The notes under the pieces are model-generated. The model worked only from the letters and a program-made list of their open reading frames with translations. It searched no databases and was not told the DNA's origin. 64,000 nt of DNA from Armatimonadota bacterium (GTDB lineage Bacteria > Armatimonadota > SYMT01): positions 1 through 64,000 of the forward strand of contig JBKBRF010000031.1 in assembly GCA_046292385.1 (NCBI GenBank). The letters run 5' to 3'. Positions 10,885-21,523 of the stretch are shown here, piece by piece. Both the position numbers and the translations under genes were made by a program. Position 1 is the stretch's first letter. Every line of letters starts with the position of its first letter.

Positions 10885-11871
10885 GTGACGATGGCTTACC
10901 TGGTGATAGAGCGGTCGGGGAACAGGGAAGAAATACGCCGGGTCGAGCTGGATGCCTTGGAGAAAGGCGACTTCGCGGGGGCTGACTTGCGGCAGTGTGT
11001 CTTTCGCCTCCGGCCGACCGCTTCCGATTTCATGCTTCTCGCGGCCATCGGCGCGATGGCGATCGCGGCCGTAGGGTTGACCATCGCGTTCGATCCGGCC
11101 GGACCTTATGATGCGGTCTCCATCGCTCTGTTCCTGTTGATGGTGTTGTCCCTGTCCCTCGGCGGCGCCTGGTACAAGCTGGCCCACCTTCGGAGCCTCT
11201 CCTTTCTGGCGCTCTTCGTCTTCGCCACCATCGGTTTCGCGGCAGCGTCTCGGGATTATGTGACGACTCCCGCCTTCGTCCCGCTGCTGATCGGATACCT
11301 CGTCCTGTCGTCGATCGCGGTGTGGGGAATGAAACGGTGGGGCCGACGTGAGAAGCCGGCCAGCATGAGATCGGCTAACCTGGCCGGCGCTGATCTGACG
11401 GGCATTCAGATCGAGATCGGCTCCGGCATGGCCCTCTCTCACGCGGATCTCACCGGAGCGCGGATCGAGGGGGGCAAGCTGGTGAACGTGGATCTCCGGG
11501 ACGCGCGCCTCGACGGGGCGTTGATGAACGGGATCCGCATTCACCAATCTCGGCTGCAGAATGCCAGCCTGGAAGGAGCGTCCCTCGCAAACGCGGAGAT
11601 CAACCGGTGTCGCCTCGACGGCGCCAACCTGTGCCGGGCGGACCTCCGGCAGGCCGCGATGAAATCGGTCGACGCCCGGGGTGCAAACCTGGAAGAAGCG
11701 GATCTGCGCGGGGCCGACCTGCGCTACTCGCAGCTGGTTGAAGCAAACCTGTCGGGAGCCCGCCTCGAGGGAGCGGACTTGCGCTGGACCTCCCTCCGGG
11801 GTGCCAGGCTGGACGGGATCACTCACGATACGCAGACCCGTTGGCCGCGGGGGTTCACCCCACCCGCGTAG
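10885..11871 (+). CDS. membrane protein with pentapeptide repeats
   Basis: Four TM helices then A(D/N)LxG repeats ending TRWPRGF. Confidence 0.85.
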   Translation: MTMAYLVIERSGNREEIRRVELDALEKGDFAGADLRQCVFRLRPTASDFMLLAAIGAMAIAAVGLTIAFDPAGPYDAVSIALFLLMVLSLSLGGAWYKLAHLRSLSFLALFVFATIGFAAASRDYVTTPAFVPLLIGYLVLSSIAVWGMKRWGRREKPASMRSANLAGADLTGIQIEIGSGMALSHADLTGARIEGGKLVNVDLRDARLDGALMNGIRIHQSRLQNASLEGASLANAEINRCRLDGANLCRADLRQAAMKSVDARGANLEEADLRGADLRYSQLVEANLSGARLEGADLRWTSLRGARLDGITHDTQTRWPRGFTPPA

Positions 11872-12024
11872 CTTCCCGGGCTCCTGCGGAGCACCCCGAG
11901 ACAGGAAGGCGGAAGCTGCTGGACTCCCACCGGCGCGAGGACAGTTTCTCCGCGGCGGGATAGTCTGTTGTAGGAGCCTCCGTAGTATCACGTGGGCGCG
12001 CTCTACGCGTGAGGAGACAGGTGG

Positions 12025-13074
12025 ATGGAACAGGAAGACCAGAGCTACAGCCGGCGGGAGCTGATGAAGAAGGCGGCCGGGTCCGCGGCGGCGGTGACCG
12101 GGCTGGCGGCGGCGGCCGCGGTCCCGCGGGAGAGCACGGCCGCCGCACAGGCGGTGAAGCCGGGCCGGCCGAAGATCGGGTGCGTGAGCTGGTGCTTCCA
12201 CGGCTTCGAGGGCGGCGCCGACCCGACCGAGTCGATCCGGATCATGGGCGAGCTCGGCTTCGAGGGCACCGACCTGATCCTGAACGCCCGGGAAGACATC
12301 ACCGACTTCTGGACCGACGCGAAGATCGGCGAGCTCCGCCGTCTGCTCGACCGGCACAAGATGGAAGTGGCGCAGTTCGTCATCTTCCAGCCGGTGGTCG
12401 AAGGCCTCACCAGTACGAACCGCGACGAGCGCGAGCGGAACCTCGACTACTTCGAGGCGGGGGTCAAGATCGGGAAGAAGCTCGGCGCGCCGATCGTCGA
12501 CATCGTGGCTCCCTGGGCGCGAGAGCTGAACCCACCCGGAGGCGGGTACCTCCCCCGCTACTACGACCTCCCCAACCCGCAGCCGGGACAGAAATTCCAC
12601 ATCGAGATCGCCCCCGGCTTCGACTGGGACGCGCTCTGGGCGGCGTACGTCCAGACCACGAAGGACTGCCTGGCGCGCGCCAAGGCACACGGCCTGAAGC
12701 TCACCATCGAGCACCACACCCACACGATGATCCCGGACGCCGTCTCGTTCCTCCGCCTCTGGGATGCGATCAAAGACCCGGCGCTCGGCTACAACCTCGA
12801 CACCGGCTGGACCCTGAGCCAGCGGGAGTACCCGCCGGTCGCCATCCACAAGACCAAGAAGCAGTTGATGAACCTGCACGTACGGGACATCGACGGCATG
12901 ATGCGGAGCTTTATCCACGTGGGCGATGGGGTGATGGACTTCAAGGCAGTCGTCGACACGCTCAAGCAGGTCGGCTACAACGGCTTCATGTCGATCGAGC
13001 AGGACAAGTGGCCCGGCGACATGAAGGCGACCTGCGCCCGGTATCTCGCGATGATGAAGGAGTATCGGGGGTAG
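12025..13074 (+). CDS. Tat-exported sugar phosphate isomerase/epimerase
   Basis: SRRELM Tat motif; TIEHH, NLDTG, HVRD, SIEQ metal ligands. Confidence 0.85.
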   Translation: MEQEDQSYSRRELMKKAAGSAAAVTGLAAAAAVPRESTAAAQAVKPGRPKIGCVSWCFHGFEGGADPTESIRIMGELGFEGTDLILNAREDITDFWTDAKIGELRRLLDRHKMEVAQFVIFQPVVEGLTSTNRDERERNLDYFEAGVKIGKKLGAPIVDIVAPWARELNPPGGGYLPRYYDLPNPQPGQKFHIEIAPGFDWDALWAAYVQTTKDCLARAKAHGLKLTIEHHTHTMIPDAVSFLRLWDAIKDPALGYNLDTGWTLSQREYPPVAIHKTKKQLMNLHVRDIDGMMRSFIHVGDGVMDFKAVVDTLKQVGYNGFMSIEQDKWPGDMKATCARYLAMMKEYRG

Positions 13075-13170
13075 CGAGACGGGAGACGGGAGAGGGAAGA
13101 AGAAAGACTTCCGCCCTGCGCTGGCCTCGCCGCACCGTGTCTCCACCGCCCGCGACCACGGCAGCTTCTC

Positions 13171-13222
13171 ACGCGGCCTCACCCCCGGCCCCTCTCCTGC
13201 GAGGAGAGGGGAGCTATCGGTG
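13171..13222. repeat. REP-like repeat family D
   Basis: 52-bp unit with hairpin cctctcct..aggagagg; reverse-complement copy at 55398-55449 with 2 mismatches. Confidence 0.8.
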
Positions 13223-13407
13223 CGGAGCCAGCCTGCTCCCCCTTCCCTCTCAGGGAAGGTTTATCCGCCGAACGGGGGAGGGTTGGGGGGGGGGTTAGGC
13301 CGCGCCGAAGCGGTAACTCCCCTGTACTACTAACCGCGAGAATCTTGCCGGGAGGCCCAGATTCTGCCGGTGGTCCTCGCGAGCGTGGACCTTGCGAAGC
13401 GGGAGGG

Positions 13408-13913
13408 GCCAGTCTCGAGGCGTCATTGCTTCTCTTCGAGATGTAGCATCGAGCCCGCGACCCGACCCCGCGCCCTTGTGCCGGGAGGCAGCCCTCCCGC
13501 GACGCAGGCCCTCCGCGGCCTTTTTACACTCCGCTGCGCTCCGTTAGCAGGCCGCTGCGGGAGTAGGCTCCGGTAAGCTCATCCCGCGCCAGGAAGCGTA
13601 ACCCGTGCCGACAGGCGAGCTCACGGGCTGCCTCCCGACCCTTCAAGCGACCACCCCTCACCAGGGGTGGTCGCTTGAGCCGCCTGGAGCGGCCCGTGAG
13701 TCGCCGCATTGCCACTACCGCAGGCCGCGAACGCGGAGCGCAGCCAACCGATGGGCACGCCCGGAGCAGTCCGCTAGCCCGAAGGGCGTGAAAGGACTGC
13801 GGGAGGGCCAACCACGCGGGAGGGCCGCTCCAGGCGGTGAGGGCGCGGGGTGAACACCCGGAGCGATGACGGTCTCGCCGAGAGAATCCTTCTCCCGCGG
13901 CCTTGAGCTTGGT
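13408..13913 (+). other. large highly structured non-coding element (cruciform; candidate ncRNA or composite MITE)
   Basis: Perfect stems 13465-76/13840-51, 13482-94/13625-37, 13643-58/13663-78, 13680-95/13822-37; outer stems with G-U pairs on + strand. Confidence 0.55.
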
Positions 13914-13967
13914 TGCGGCATCAGCCGCGCTCTGTCCCTCTGTCCATCCGTCTCCGAAGGGTCCCGT

Positions 13968-13997
13968 TTGCGCGGACACCGTGCGCTCCACTATAAT
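13968..13997 (+). promoter_or_regulatory. sigma70-type promoter of mnmG
   Basis: TTGCGC-18bp-TATAAT. Confidence 0.6.
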
Positions 13998-14041
13998 CGG
14001 GCCGAGTTTCTGGCCCGGAGCGGGAGTGGAGTAGAGGCGGA

Positions 14042-15949
14042 ATGTCCGACACGTTCGACGTCATCGTAATCGGCACCGGCCACGCCGGGTGCGAGGCCGC
14101 GCTGGCGGCGGCGCGGATGGGACGTCGGACGCTGGCGCTCACCCTCAACCTCGACAACATCGGGCACATGCCGTGCAACTGCTCGGTCGGGGGTCCGGCC
14201 AAGGGGCACGTGGCGCGGGAGATCGATGCACTGGGCGGGGAGATGGCGGTGAATACCGACCTCACCCTCACCCACATGCGGATGCTGAACACCGGGAAGG
14301 GCCCCGCGGTGCAGGCGCTCCGCGCCCAGGCGGACAAGCAGCAGTACCAGGACCGCATGGGACAGGTGCTGCGGAGCCAGCCGGGGCTGACCCTGCGCGA
14401 GGAGACGGTCGCCGAGCTGCTCGTGGAGCCGGAGGCGACCGACGGCCGGTCCGAGCCGGCGTTCCGGATCGTCGGCGTGCGCTGCGAGACGGGGCGCGAT
14501 TACTACGGCCGCGCCGTGGTGATCACCACCGGCACCTTCCTGCGCGGCGTCTGCCACATCGGCGAGGAGAAGGTCTCCGCTGGACGGCACGGCGAGGCGC
14601 CCGCGATCTCGCTGTCGGATCACCTGCGCCGCCTCGGCTTCCAGGTCTCCCGCTTCAAGACCGGCACCACGCCGCGGATCGCGCTGGAGAGCATCGACCT
14701 CGACCGGACCGAGCTGCAGCCGTCCGACGACGATCCGGAGCCGTTCAGCTACCTCCACGACCGCCTCCCGCAGGAGTCGCTGCTGCCGAGCTGGCAGACG
14801 TTCACCACGCCGGAGACGCACCGGGTGATCCGGGAGAACCTGCACCGCTCCGCCATGTACGGCGGCCACATCGAAGGGATCGGCCCCCGCTACTGCCCCT
14901 CCATCGAGGACAAGGTCGTCAAGTTTCCGGACAAGGAGGCGCACGGCATCTTCCTGGAGCAGGAGGGCTGGGAGACGAACTGGGTCTACGTGCAGGGGAT
15001 GTCGACCAGCCTGCCGGCGGAGATCCAGCTCCAGTTCCTCCACACCATCCCCGGTCTGGAGCGGTGCGAGATGCTGCGGCCCGGCTACGCGGTGGAGTAC
15101 GACTGCGTGCTGCCGACCCAGCTCCAGCCGTGGCTGGAGACGAAGCGGGTCCGCAGCCTCTTCCTGGCGGGGCAGATCAACGGCACCAGCGGCTACGAGG
15201 AGGCCGGGGGGCAGGGGCTGATCGCCGGCATCAACGCCGCGCTGCGCGCCGCCGACGAAGCGGCCGAGCCGTTCGTGCTCGACCGGGGGGAGTCGTACAT
15301 CGGCGTGATGCTCGACGACCTGGTAACGAAGGGCACCTTCGAGCCGTACCGGCTGCTCACCTCGCGCGCGGAGCACCGCCTGCTGCTGCGGCACGACAAC
15401 GCCGACCTCCGCCTCACCGCGAAGGGCCGGGCGCTCGGCCTGGTCACCGACGAGCGCTGGGAGCGGTTCCTGGCGCGGACCGCGCAGCTCTCGGAGGCGG
15501 AGGCCCGCCTGCGCCGCATCAACCTGCAGCCGGGCTTCTCCTTCACCGGCAGCCGCGGCCCGGTCACGCTGGAGAAGCAGACCTTCGGGCCGCAGTTCAT
15601 CCGCCGGCCGGACGTCGACTTCCGCGTGATGCGGCGGGAGTTCCCGGCGCTGGGAGAGCTGCCGCGGCTCGCCATCCGCGACCTGGAGATCGCGATGAAG
15701 TACGAAGGCTACATCCAGCGGCAGCAGGACGAGGTTGCCCGGCAGCGCCGCATGGAGAGCCGCGCGATCCCGGACGACTTCGACTACGACGCGGTTCACG
15801 GCCTCTCGTACGAGGGCCGGGAGAAGCTGCGCCGCCAGCGGCCGCACAGCCTCGGCCAGGCCGCGCGCATCCCCGGCGTCACCCCTGCCGACGTCGGCAT
15901 CCTGATGGTCGCTCTGGAAGCCCAACGCCGCCGAGCCGCGGTGGCCTGA
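14042..15949 (+). CDS. mnmG: tRNA uridine-5-carboxymethylaminomethyl modification enzyme MnmG (GidA)
   Basis: [51 protein letters not shown]. Confidence 0.98.
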   Translation: MSDTFDVIVIGTGHAGCEAALAAARMGRRTLALTLNLDNIGHMPCNCSVGGPAKGHVAREIDALGGEMAVNTDLTLTHMRMLNTGKGPAVQALRAQADKQQYQDRMGQVLRSQPGLTLREETVAELLVEPEATDGRSEPAFRIVGVRCETGRDYYGRAVVITTGTFLRGVCHIGEEKVSAGRHGEAPAISLSDHLRRLGFQVSRFKTGTTPRIALESIDLDRTELQPSDDDPEPFSYLHDRLPQESLLPSWQTFTTPETHRVIRENLHRSAMYGGHIEGIGPRYCPSIEDKVVKFPDKEAHGIFLEQEGWETNWVYVQGMSTSLPAEIQLQFLHTIPGLERCEMLRPGYAVEYDCVLPTQLQPWLETKRVRSLFLAGQINGTSGYEEAGGQGLIAGINAALRAADEAAEPFVLDRGESYIGVMLDDLVTKGTFEPYRLLTSRAEHRLLLRHDNADLRLTAKGRALGLVTDERWERFLARTAQLSEAEARLRRINLQPGFSFTGSRGPVTLEKQTFGPQFIRRPDVDFRVMRREFPALGELPRLAIRDLEIAMKYEGYIQRQQDEVARQRRMESRAIPDDFDYDAVHGLSYEGREKLRRQRPHSLGQAARIPGVTPADVGILMVALEAQRRRAAVA

Positions 15950-15962
15950 TCGGGAGGCTCCT

Positions 15963-17033
15963 TCAGCGGCGGAGCATCGCCAGCGCCACCGCGCGGCCTC
16001 CCTGCGAGCCGTTCACGGTGAGGTCTCCTCGGCCGTTGATGCCGCTCACTTCGGTGAGAAACGGCCGCCGACCCCGAAGGTGCCGCACGGCGAGGCGACG
16101 GACGGACTTCGTCCGGCCGCGGCTCCAGAGCCTCGGGCTGATCGGCCCCTCGAACGACGAGATCGTGTAGGCAATCACTCCGCGGTCATTGACCGCTGCT
16201 TCTACCCCGAAGTCTCGTGCCTTCTCCAGGGGCTTCGGCGCCGTGTCTCGCGGATACCGCCACCGTACCAGCCGGACCGGAACCGCCCACTCCCCCGTGC
16301 CGGCACTGCCTACGATGACTCCCTCCGCGTTGATATCCTGGGCGACGCTGTGACTGCCACCGGGGAGCACTCCCAGGTCTCGCATCACCCCGTCTTTCCA
16401 CACGAACGCGTGGGTTTTCTCATCGGGCGTGCTCGCAGCGCCAACCACCACGCCGTCGTCGTTGAGAGCGAGCGCCCGGCTGGAGTGCCCGCCCAGCGTC
16501 CCCAGGTCCGTCAACACCCCATCTCGGTAGAGGAAGGCGTGCTCGTCCTCGAGTCGATCCCCGTTCTCATCTCGGCCGACGAGTGAGTAACCGACGGCGT
16601 GACCGGAGTCGTTTACGTCCAGCGCCTCGCTGTGTGACCCGCCGGGCAGCATGCCAACCTTCACCACCATCGCGCCGCGCGCCACGAATCCCTCGGTGGC
16701 GCTGCCGGAGGAGAACCAGCCGGCGACATATCCGGAGTCGCTGATGCTGTTGGCGACGCTCAAGCCCGGGTGGTCCGGCAGCACCGGACGCGCGCCGGAC
16801 CGCCGGTCCCAGATGAAGGCGCGGTAGTCGCCGCCGGACGCTTCGGTCGAGAAGCCGACTACCTGGCGAGAGTCGTTGATGCCCTCTGCGAAGGCGCTTC
16901 CGTCCGGATGAAGGGACTCGATCGCAGAGAGTTGATAGCGGTCCCGTTCTCCCGCCACAGGCGCAGCTACGAGTAGGGGCAGCGTGACGAGCAGCGAGGC
17001 GCTAAAGCACGCTCGGACCCGAATCGAGTGCAT
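15963..17033 (-). CDS. secreted HAF-repeat (extracellular beta-propeller) protein
   Basis: Signal peptide; repeated HAF(L/V)..G.M.DLG.L.G..S.A..IN..G.VVG. Confidence 0.85.
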   Translation of the reverse strand: MHSIRVRACFSASLLVTLPLLVAAPVAGERDRYQLSAIESLHPDGSAFAEGINDSRQVVGFSTEASGGDYRAFIWDRRSGARPVLPDHPGLSVANSISDSGYVAGWFSSGSATEGFVARGAMVVKVGMLPGGSHSEALDVNDSGHAVGYSLVGRDENGDRLEDEHAFLYRDGVLTDLGTLGGHSSRALALNDDGVVVGAASTPDEKTHAFVWKDGVMRDLGVLPGGSHSVAQDINAEGVIVGSAGTGEWAVPVRLVRWRYPRDTAPKPLEKARDFGVEAAVNDRGVIAYTISSFEGPISPRLWSRGRTKSVRRLAVRHLRGRRPFLTEVSGINGRGDLTVNGSQGGRAVALAMLRR

Positions 17034-17112
17034 CGGCAGAGTCTCCGGCCTGATTCACCGTTAGGCAATCTTCACTGCTAACGTCGGCGGAATTCCGCGA
17101 GGCCTCGAACAA

Positions 17113-18360
17113 TCATCCGGCGGCGGCATCGAGGGCGAGGCCGCTGACGATGCTCGTGTAGAGGTCCTGCCGCAGGGGGACCCGCTCTTCCCCGAAGATC
17201 TCCCGCAGCAGCTCCTGCGTGCAGATGAGCGCGGAGGAGCCGCCCGCGAGCAGGACGCGATCGATCTCACGCGGCGCCAGGCCGGCCTTCGCCAGCGTCT
17301 CGTCGATCAGGCGGCGAATCTCCTGCAGCTGCTCCCGGAAGAGCGTCCGCAGGTCGGCGCGACTCAGCGGCTCCTCGATCGAGACCCCGTCCGCCTGGTA
17401 GGAGATGGTGGTGCGCTCCTCTTCGGAGAGCCGCACCTTCGCCGCCTCGATGGCAGCGAAGAGGTCCGGGCCGAGCCGGCGGGAGACCACCGTGTGGAGC
17501 GTCGCCAGGCGCGCGGCTCCCCCCGTGGCGGCGCTGGCGTTGAAGATGCGGCGGACCTCCGACGTGTACTCCTGCTCCGTGATGCGCCAGTTCGCGTCCG
17601 GGTTCACGAGCCGGTTGAAGAGGGAGCGCGGCAGCTCCAGTCCGCCGCTCCAGGTCTCGCCCTTGCCCAGGTGGTGCAGGAGCTTGTTCTCGAAGAGGAT
17701 CCGGTCGAGCAGCGTCCCGCCGATGTGGCGGCCGCCGGTCGCCAGCACGGAGTAGCCGCTCCCGCCGGTGCGCGCGACGCAGAGATCGAGCGTGCCGCCG
17801 CCGAAGTCGAAGATCAGCACGGTGCCCTCCGACCGCTCGCCCGTGGCCGCATAGAAGTAGCGAGTCACCGCCTCCGGCTCGGAGAGGAACCGCACCCCGG
17901 TGAACCCGGCCAGCTCTGCCGCTTCCCGCAGCATCCCCTCGGCGCGGGCGTCGATCCCGGGGTCGGGGGAGAAGCGCACCGGGCGGCCCAGGGTCACCTG
18001 CGTCACCGGAGCGCCGGCACAGGCGTCGACCTGCTCCTTCACCCGCCGGAGGACGAGCGTGAGGAGGTCGACCAGCGTATAGGCCCTTCGGAACATGCGG
18101 AACTGCTCGTCCGGCGTCACCTCCGGCAGGGCGGACTTGAGCGCGCGGACGAAGCGGCCGAACGGATCGGCCTGGTACGCGGTCACCGCGGAACGCCCGA
18201 TGCGGCGGAAGTCGTGGCGACTGAAGTAGAGCAGCGTCGGGAGCAGGCGCGGATCGGCGTTCGCCGGGTCGATCTCGCAGATACGGGTCCCCTCCGGGGC
18301 GGCGATCGCCGCCAGGGTGTTGCTCGTGCCGAAATCGATCCCACAGGTAGTCTCGTGCAT
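17113..18360 (-). CDS. Hsp70-family chaperone, YegD-like
   Basis: GIDFGTSN, TLGRPVRF, FDFGGGTLD, LLAGGSS; no substrate-binding domain. Confidence 0.88.
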   Translation of the reverse strand: MHETTCGIDFGTSNTLAAIAAPEGTRICEIDPANADPRLLPTLLYFSRHDFRRIGRSAVTAYQADPFGRFVRALKSALPEVTPDEQFRMFRRAYTLVDLLTLVLRRVKEQVDACAGAPVTQVTLGRPVRFSPDPGIDARAEGMLREAAELAGFTGVRFLSEPEAVTRYFYAATGERSEGTVLIFDFGGGTLDLCVARTGGSGYSVLATGGRHIGGTLLDRILFENKLLHHLGKGETWSGGLELPRSLFNRLVNPDANWRITEQEYTSEVRRIFNASAATGGAARLATLHTVVSRRLGPDLFAAIEAAKVRLSEEERTTISYQADGVSIEEPLSRADLRTLFREQLQEIRRLIDETLAKAGLAPREIDRVLLAGGSSALICTQELLREIFGEERVPLRQDLYTSIVSGLALDAAAG

Positions 18361-18521
18361 AGTGATCTCGAGCTTCCGCCACGCGGGTGATCGAAGCTCC
18401 GGAGAGAGGGACGGCGGTCGCTAACGGGGTTCCGGACCGGCTCAGAGTAGCGGGTTCGGCGGCCGGGGTCCAGCGGCCGGCGGCGGCGGAAAGAAACCTG
18501 CAAAACGAGACTCACTTAACG

Positions 18522-18551
18522 TTGCGGCCCCGCGCAGACCCGTGGTAAACT
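18522..18551 (+). promoter_or_regulatory. putative promoter of RRM gene (implies ~190-nt leader)
   Basis: TTGCGG-18bp-TAAACT with extended TG. Confidence 0.45.
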
Positions 18552-18747
18552 CCACGCAAGTTCAGATCGAGTTCGTTCGCATTACCGTTCGGAAGCGCCA
18601 GCCCCGTCCCGAGAGTGCGAGAGCATTCCTTGAGGCGGGGTTTCTTGTCTGCCGGGGGGACAGTCGGACCGTCTGACCCTACGCGGCCGGGGTCATGCAG
18701 GCCGCCGTTAGGCCGGAACCGAAGACCGGTTACCGGTGAGGACTACC

Positions 18748-19152
18748 ATGAGCAAGCGACTTTTCGTCGGCAACCTGTCTTTCCGCACCAGCGAGGAAGA
18801 CCTGCAGGAAGCATTCGCTCCCTATGGCTCGACGAGCGCGACCATCCCCGTGAATGAAGAGGGCCGCTCGAAAGGCTTCGGCTTTGTCGACGTGTCGGAC
18901 GAGCAGATGAATGCGGCGATCGACGCGTGGAACGGCAAGGAGCTCCACGGCCGGGCTATCAACGTCAACGAAGCTCGCCCGCGCCCTGAGCGCGGCGGCG
19001 GCGGCGGCTACGGTGGTGGCGGCGGCTACGGCGGCGGTGGCGGCTACGGCGGTGGCGGCGGCTACGGCGGCGGTGGTTACGGCGGTGGTGGCGGCGGCGG
19101 CCGGGACCGCGGTGGCCGCGGCGGCGGCGGCCGGGACCGCGGCGGCTGGTAA
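18748..19152 (+). CDS. RRM RNA-binding protein with Gly/Tyr/RGG-rich tail
   Basis: RNP2 LFVGNL, RNP1 KGFGFV, VNEARPR, (GGGGGY)n. Confidence 0.95.
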   Translation: MSKRLFVGNLSFRTSEEDLQEAFAPYGSTSATIPVNEEGRSKGFGFVDVSDEQMNAAIDAWNGKELHGRAINVNEARPRPERGGGGGYGGGGGYGGGGGYGGGGGYGGGGYGGGGGGGRDRGGRGGGGRDRGGW

Positions 19153-19179
19153 GCAGCTCGAGCGAACCCAAGACACGAT

Positions 19180-19211
19180 CGGCCCGTGGGATCAGCTCCC
19201 GCGGGCCGTTT
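19180..19211 (+). terminator. probable intrinsic terminator
   Basis: cggcccgtggga..tcccgcgggccg then ttt. Confidence 0.55.
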
Positions 19212-19606
19212 CACGTACCGGGTGGTCGCGGGAATACCCCACCGGGATGCCTCGCCGGCCGCCCGACCGGAATCCGGAAGCTGCACATCCCGCACCAGCG
19301 GAGACGCGGCGCGGATACACTAGTACTCCGTCAGGCCGGGATGAATAAGTGGATTTGGAAAGGGAGAGTGGGAGACGTCTGTTGCAGGTGAGCAAGTTGG
19401 CACGTTGCAGGTTGAGCTCCCCGGTGGGTGGGGTTCGGAACCAGGAACATGCCCACCGGGAACCTGCTCACCACAGCGAGGGAGCGGAGCTCCCACTCCC
19501 CCGCTCTCCCTGGCTCCCACTCCCACAGATCAGAAGTAGCTGGACACACCACTAGTTGCGCCGGTCAGCCCCGGCAGCATGACCGACGCCGCTGGACAAC
19601 AACAAG

Positions 19607-21457
19607 ATGAGCGAACCGAGCGAACTGAGCGAACCGACCACTCCGAGCGAAAACGGCTTTGCAGGCCTGGGCCTCTCCCCCACCACCATGGCTGGTGTGG
19701 AGCGGGCAGGCTTCGACAATCCGACGCCGATCCAGCGGGAGGCGATCCCGGTGCTGCTCTCCGGCAAGGACCTGATCGCCCAGGCGCAGACCGGCACCGG
19801 CAAGACGGCGGCGTTCGGATTGCCGCTCCTCGACCGGATCGATGCGGAGACGGCGACGCCGCAGGCGCTCATCCTCTGCCCCACCCGCGAGCTGGCGGTG
19901 CAGGTCTCGGAAGCGATCTACGCCTTCGGCCGCCCGCACGGCATCCGGATCGTCCCCCTCTACGGCGGGCAGCCGATCGACCGGCAGCTCCGCGCCCTGC
20001 GGGCGGGGGTGCATGTCCTGGTCGGCACCCCGGGACGGATCCTGGACCACCTCCGCCGCGGCACCCTCGCCCTCGACCGGCTGGGAATGGTCGTGCTGGA
20101 CGAGGCGGACGAGATGCTCGACATGGGCTTCGTCGAAGATATCGAGATGATCCTGGAGGCGCTGCCGGAGGACCGTCAGACCGCGCTCTTCTCCGCCACC
20201 ATGCCGGCGCCGATCCAGCGGCTGGCCCAGCGGCACCTGAAGGACCCGGAGCGGATCGTCATCGCGCCGGAGCCGCACAACGTGCCCCAGATCCGGCAGT
20301 CGTACTATGAGGTGATGCCGGCGCGGAAAGTCGACGCGCTCACCAGCATCCTCGACATGGAGACGCCCGGCCCCACGATCATCTTCTGCCGGACCAAGCG
20401 CGAGGCGGACGAAGTGGGCGAGCACCTGCGCGGGCGCGGCTACCTGGCCGAGAGCCTGCACGGCGACCTCGCCCAGCAGGAGCGGGAGCGCGTGCTGCGC
20501 CGCTTCAAGGAAGGGCAGACCGAGCTGCTCGTGGCGACCGACGTGGCGGCGCGGGGTCTCGACATCGAGACGGTGACGCACGTGGTGAACTACGACATCC
20601 CGTGGGACGCCGAGTCGTACACCCACCGCATCGGCCGCACCGGCCGCGCGGGTCGGGAAGGGGACGCGATCACCCTGGTCACGCCGCGGGAGCGCCGCCA
20701 GCTCAAGCTGATCGAGCGGGCGACCGGCGCCAGGATCGTGCCGGTGCGCCTCCCCACCGCCGCCGATATCGCGCAGCGCCGCCGGGAGCTGTTCCAGCAG
20801 ACGATCCTGGAAGCGCTGGAGCAGGGCGAGTTCGAAGACTTCCTGGTGACGGTCGGTCAGCTCGAAGAGCAGTTCGACCCGGCGGAGATCGCCGCGGCCG
20901 CCCTCAAGCTGCTCTGGAAGCAGCAGCGCCACCAGGCCTCCGCTTCGGAGATGGAGGCGGAAGCCGGCCCGCCGCCGGAAGCCGGCATGGCGCGGCTCTT
21001 CGTCACCGTCGGCCGCCAGGACGGACTGCGGCCGACCGACCTGGTCGGCGCCATCGCCAACGAGGCGGGGCTGGCCGGCAAGGAGATCGGCACCATCGAC
21101 ATCATGGACCGCTGCGCCTTCGTCGAAGTGCCGAGCCACGCGGCCGACCGCGTGGTGAAGGCGCTCAACCGCACCACGCTGCGCGGACGCAAGCCGAAGG
21201 CGGAGCGCGCGCCGGAGGGTATGGCGGAGCTCCGCCCGGAAGAGCGGGCGCCGCGCCCGGAAGACCGCGGGCCTCGGCCGCCGCGCCCGGCGGGCCGCCC
21301 CCCGCGCCCGGCCGGACCGCCGGCGGGTCCGCGCGGAGCGGGACGGCCGTTCGGGAAGCCGGAGCGGCCCGCGCGTCCGTCATTCGGACCCAAGCCCAGC
21401 GGTCCGGGTGCGGGACCGAAGAAGAGCTTCGGGCGGAACCCTCGCAAGGGCTGGTAG
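19607..21457 (+). CDS. deaD: DEAD-box RNA helicase DeaD/CsdA with DbpA RNA-binding domain
   Basis: AQTGTGKT, PTRELA, DEAD, SAT, HRIGRTGRAG, C-terminal DLVGAIANEAG. Confidence 0.92.
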   Translation: MSEPSELSEPTTPSENGFAGLGLSPTTMAGVERAGFDNPTPIQREAIPVLLSGKDLIAQAQTGTGKTAAFGLPLLDRIDAETATPQALILCPTRELAVQVSEAIYAFGRPHGIRIVPLYGGQPIDRQLRALRAGVHVLVGTPGRILDHLRRGTLALDRLGMVVLDEADEMLDMGFVEDIEMILEALPEDRQTALFSATMPAPIQRLAQRHLKDPERIVIAPEPHNVPQIRQSYYEVMPARKVDALTSILDMETPGPTIIFCRTKREADEVGEHLRGRGYLAESLHGDLAQQERERVLRRFKEGQTELLVATDVAARGLDIETVTHVVNYDIPWDAESYTHRIGRTGRAGREGDAITLVTPRERRQLKLIERATGARIVPVRLPTAADIAQRRRELFQQTILEALEQGEFEDFLVTVGQLEEQFDPAEIAAAALKLLWKQQRHQASASEMEAEAGPPPEAGMARLFVTVGRQDGLRPTDLVGAIANEAGLAGKEIGTIDIMDRCAFVEVPSHAADRVVKALNRTTLRGRKPKAERAPEGMAELRPEERAPRPEDRGPRPPRPAGRPPRPAGPPAGPRGAGRPFGKPERPARPSFGPKPSGPGAGPKKSFGRNPRKGW

Positions 21458-21523
21458 CAGCCGGCTCCCTCCGGCTATGATACTGTTCCGTACGGTAACG
21501 AGGCATTGGCCGCGGAGGGGGAC

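Noticed and set aside
13330..14040. oriC with DnaA boxes next to mnmG, or RNase P/tmRNA
   Set aside because: No TTATCCACA-like cluster, no GAGGAAAGTCC, and no tRNA-like ends seen
18990..19150. GGC-rich tandem repeat
   Set aside because: It simply encodes the Gly-rich tail of the RRM protein
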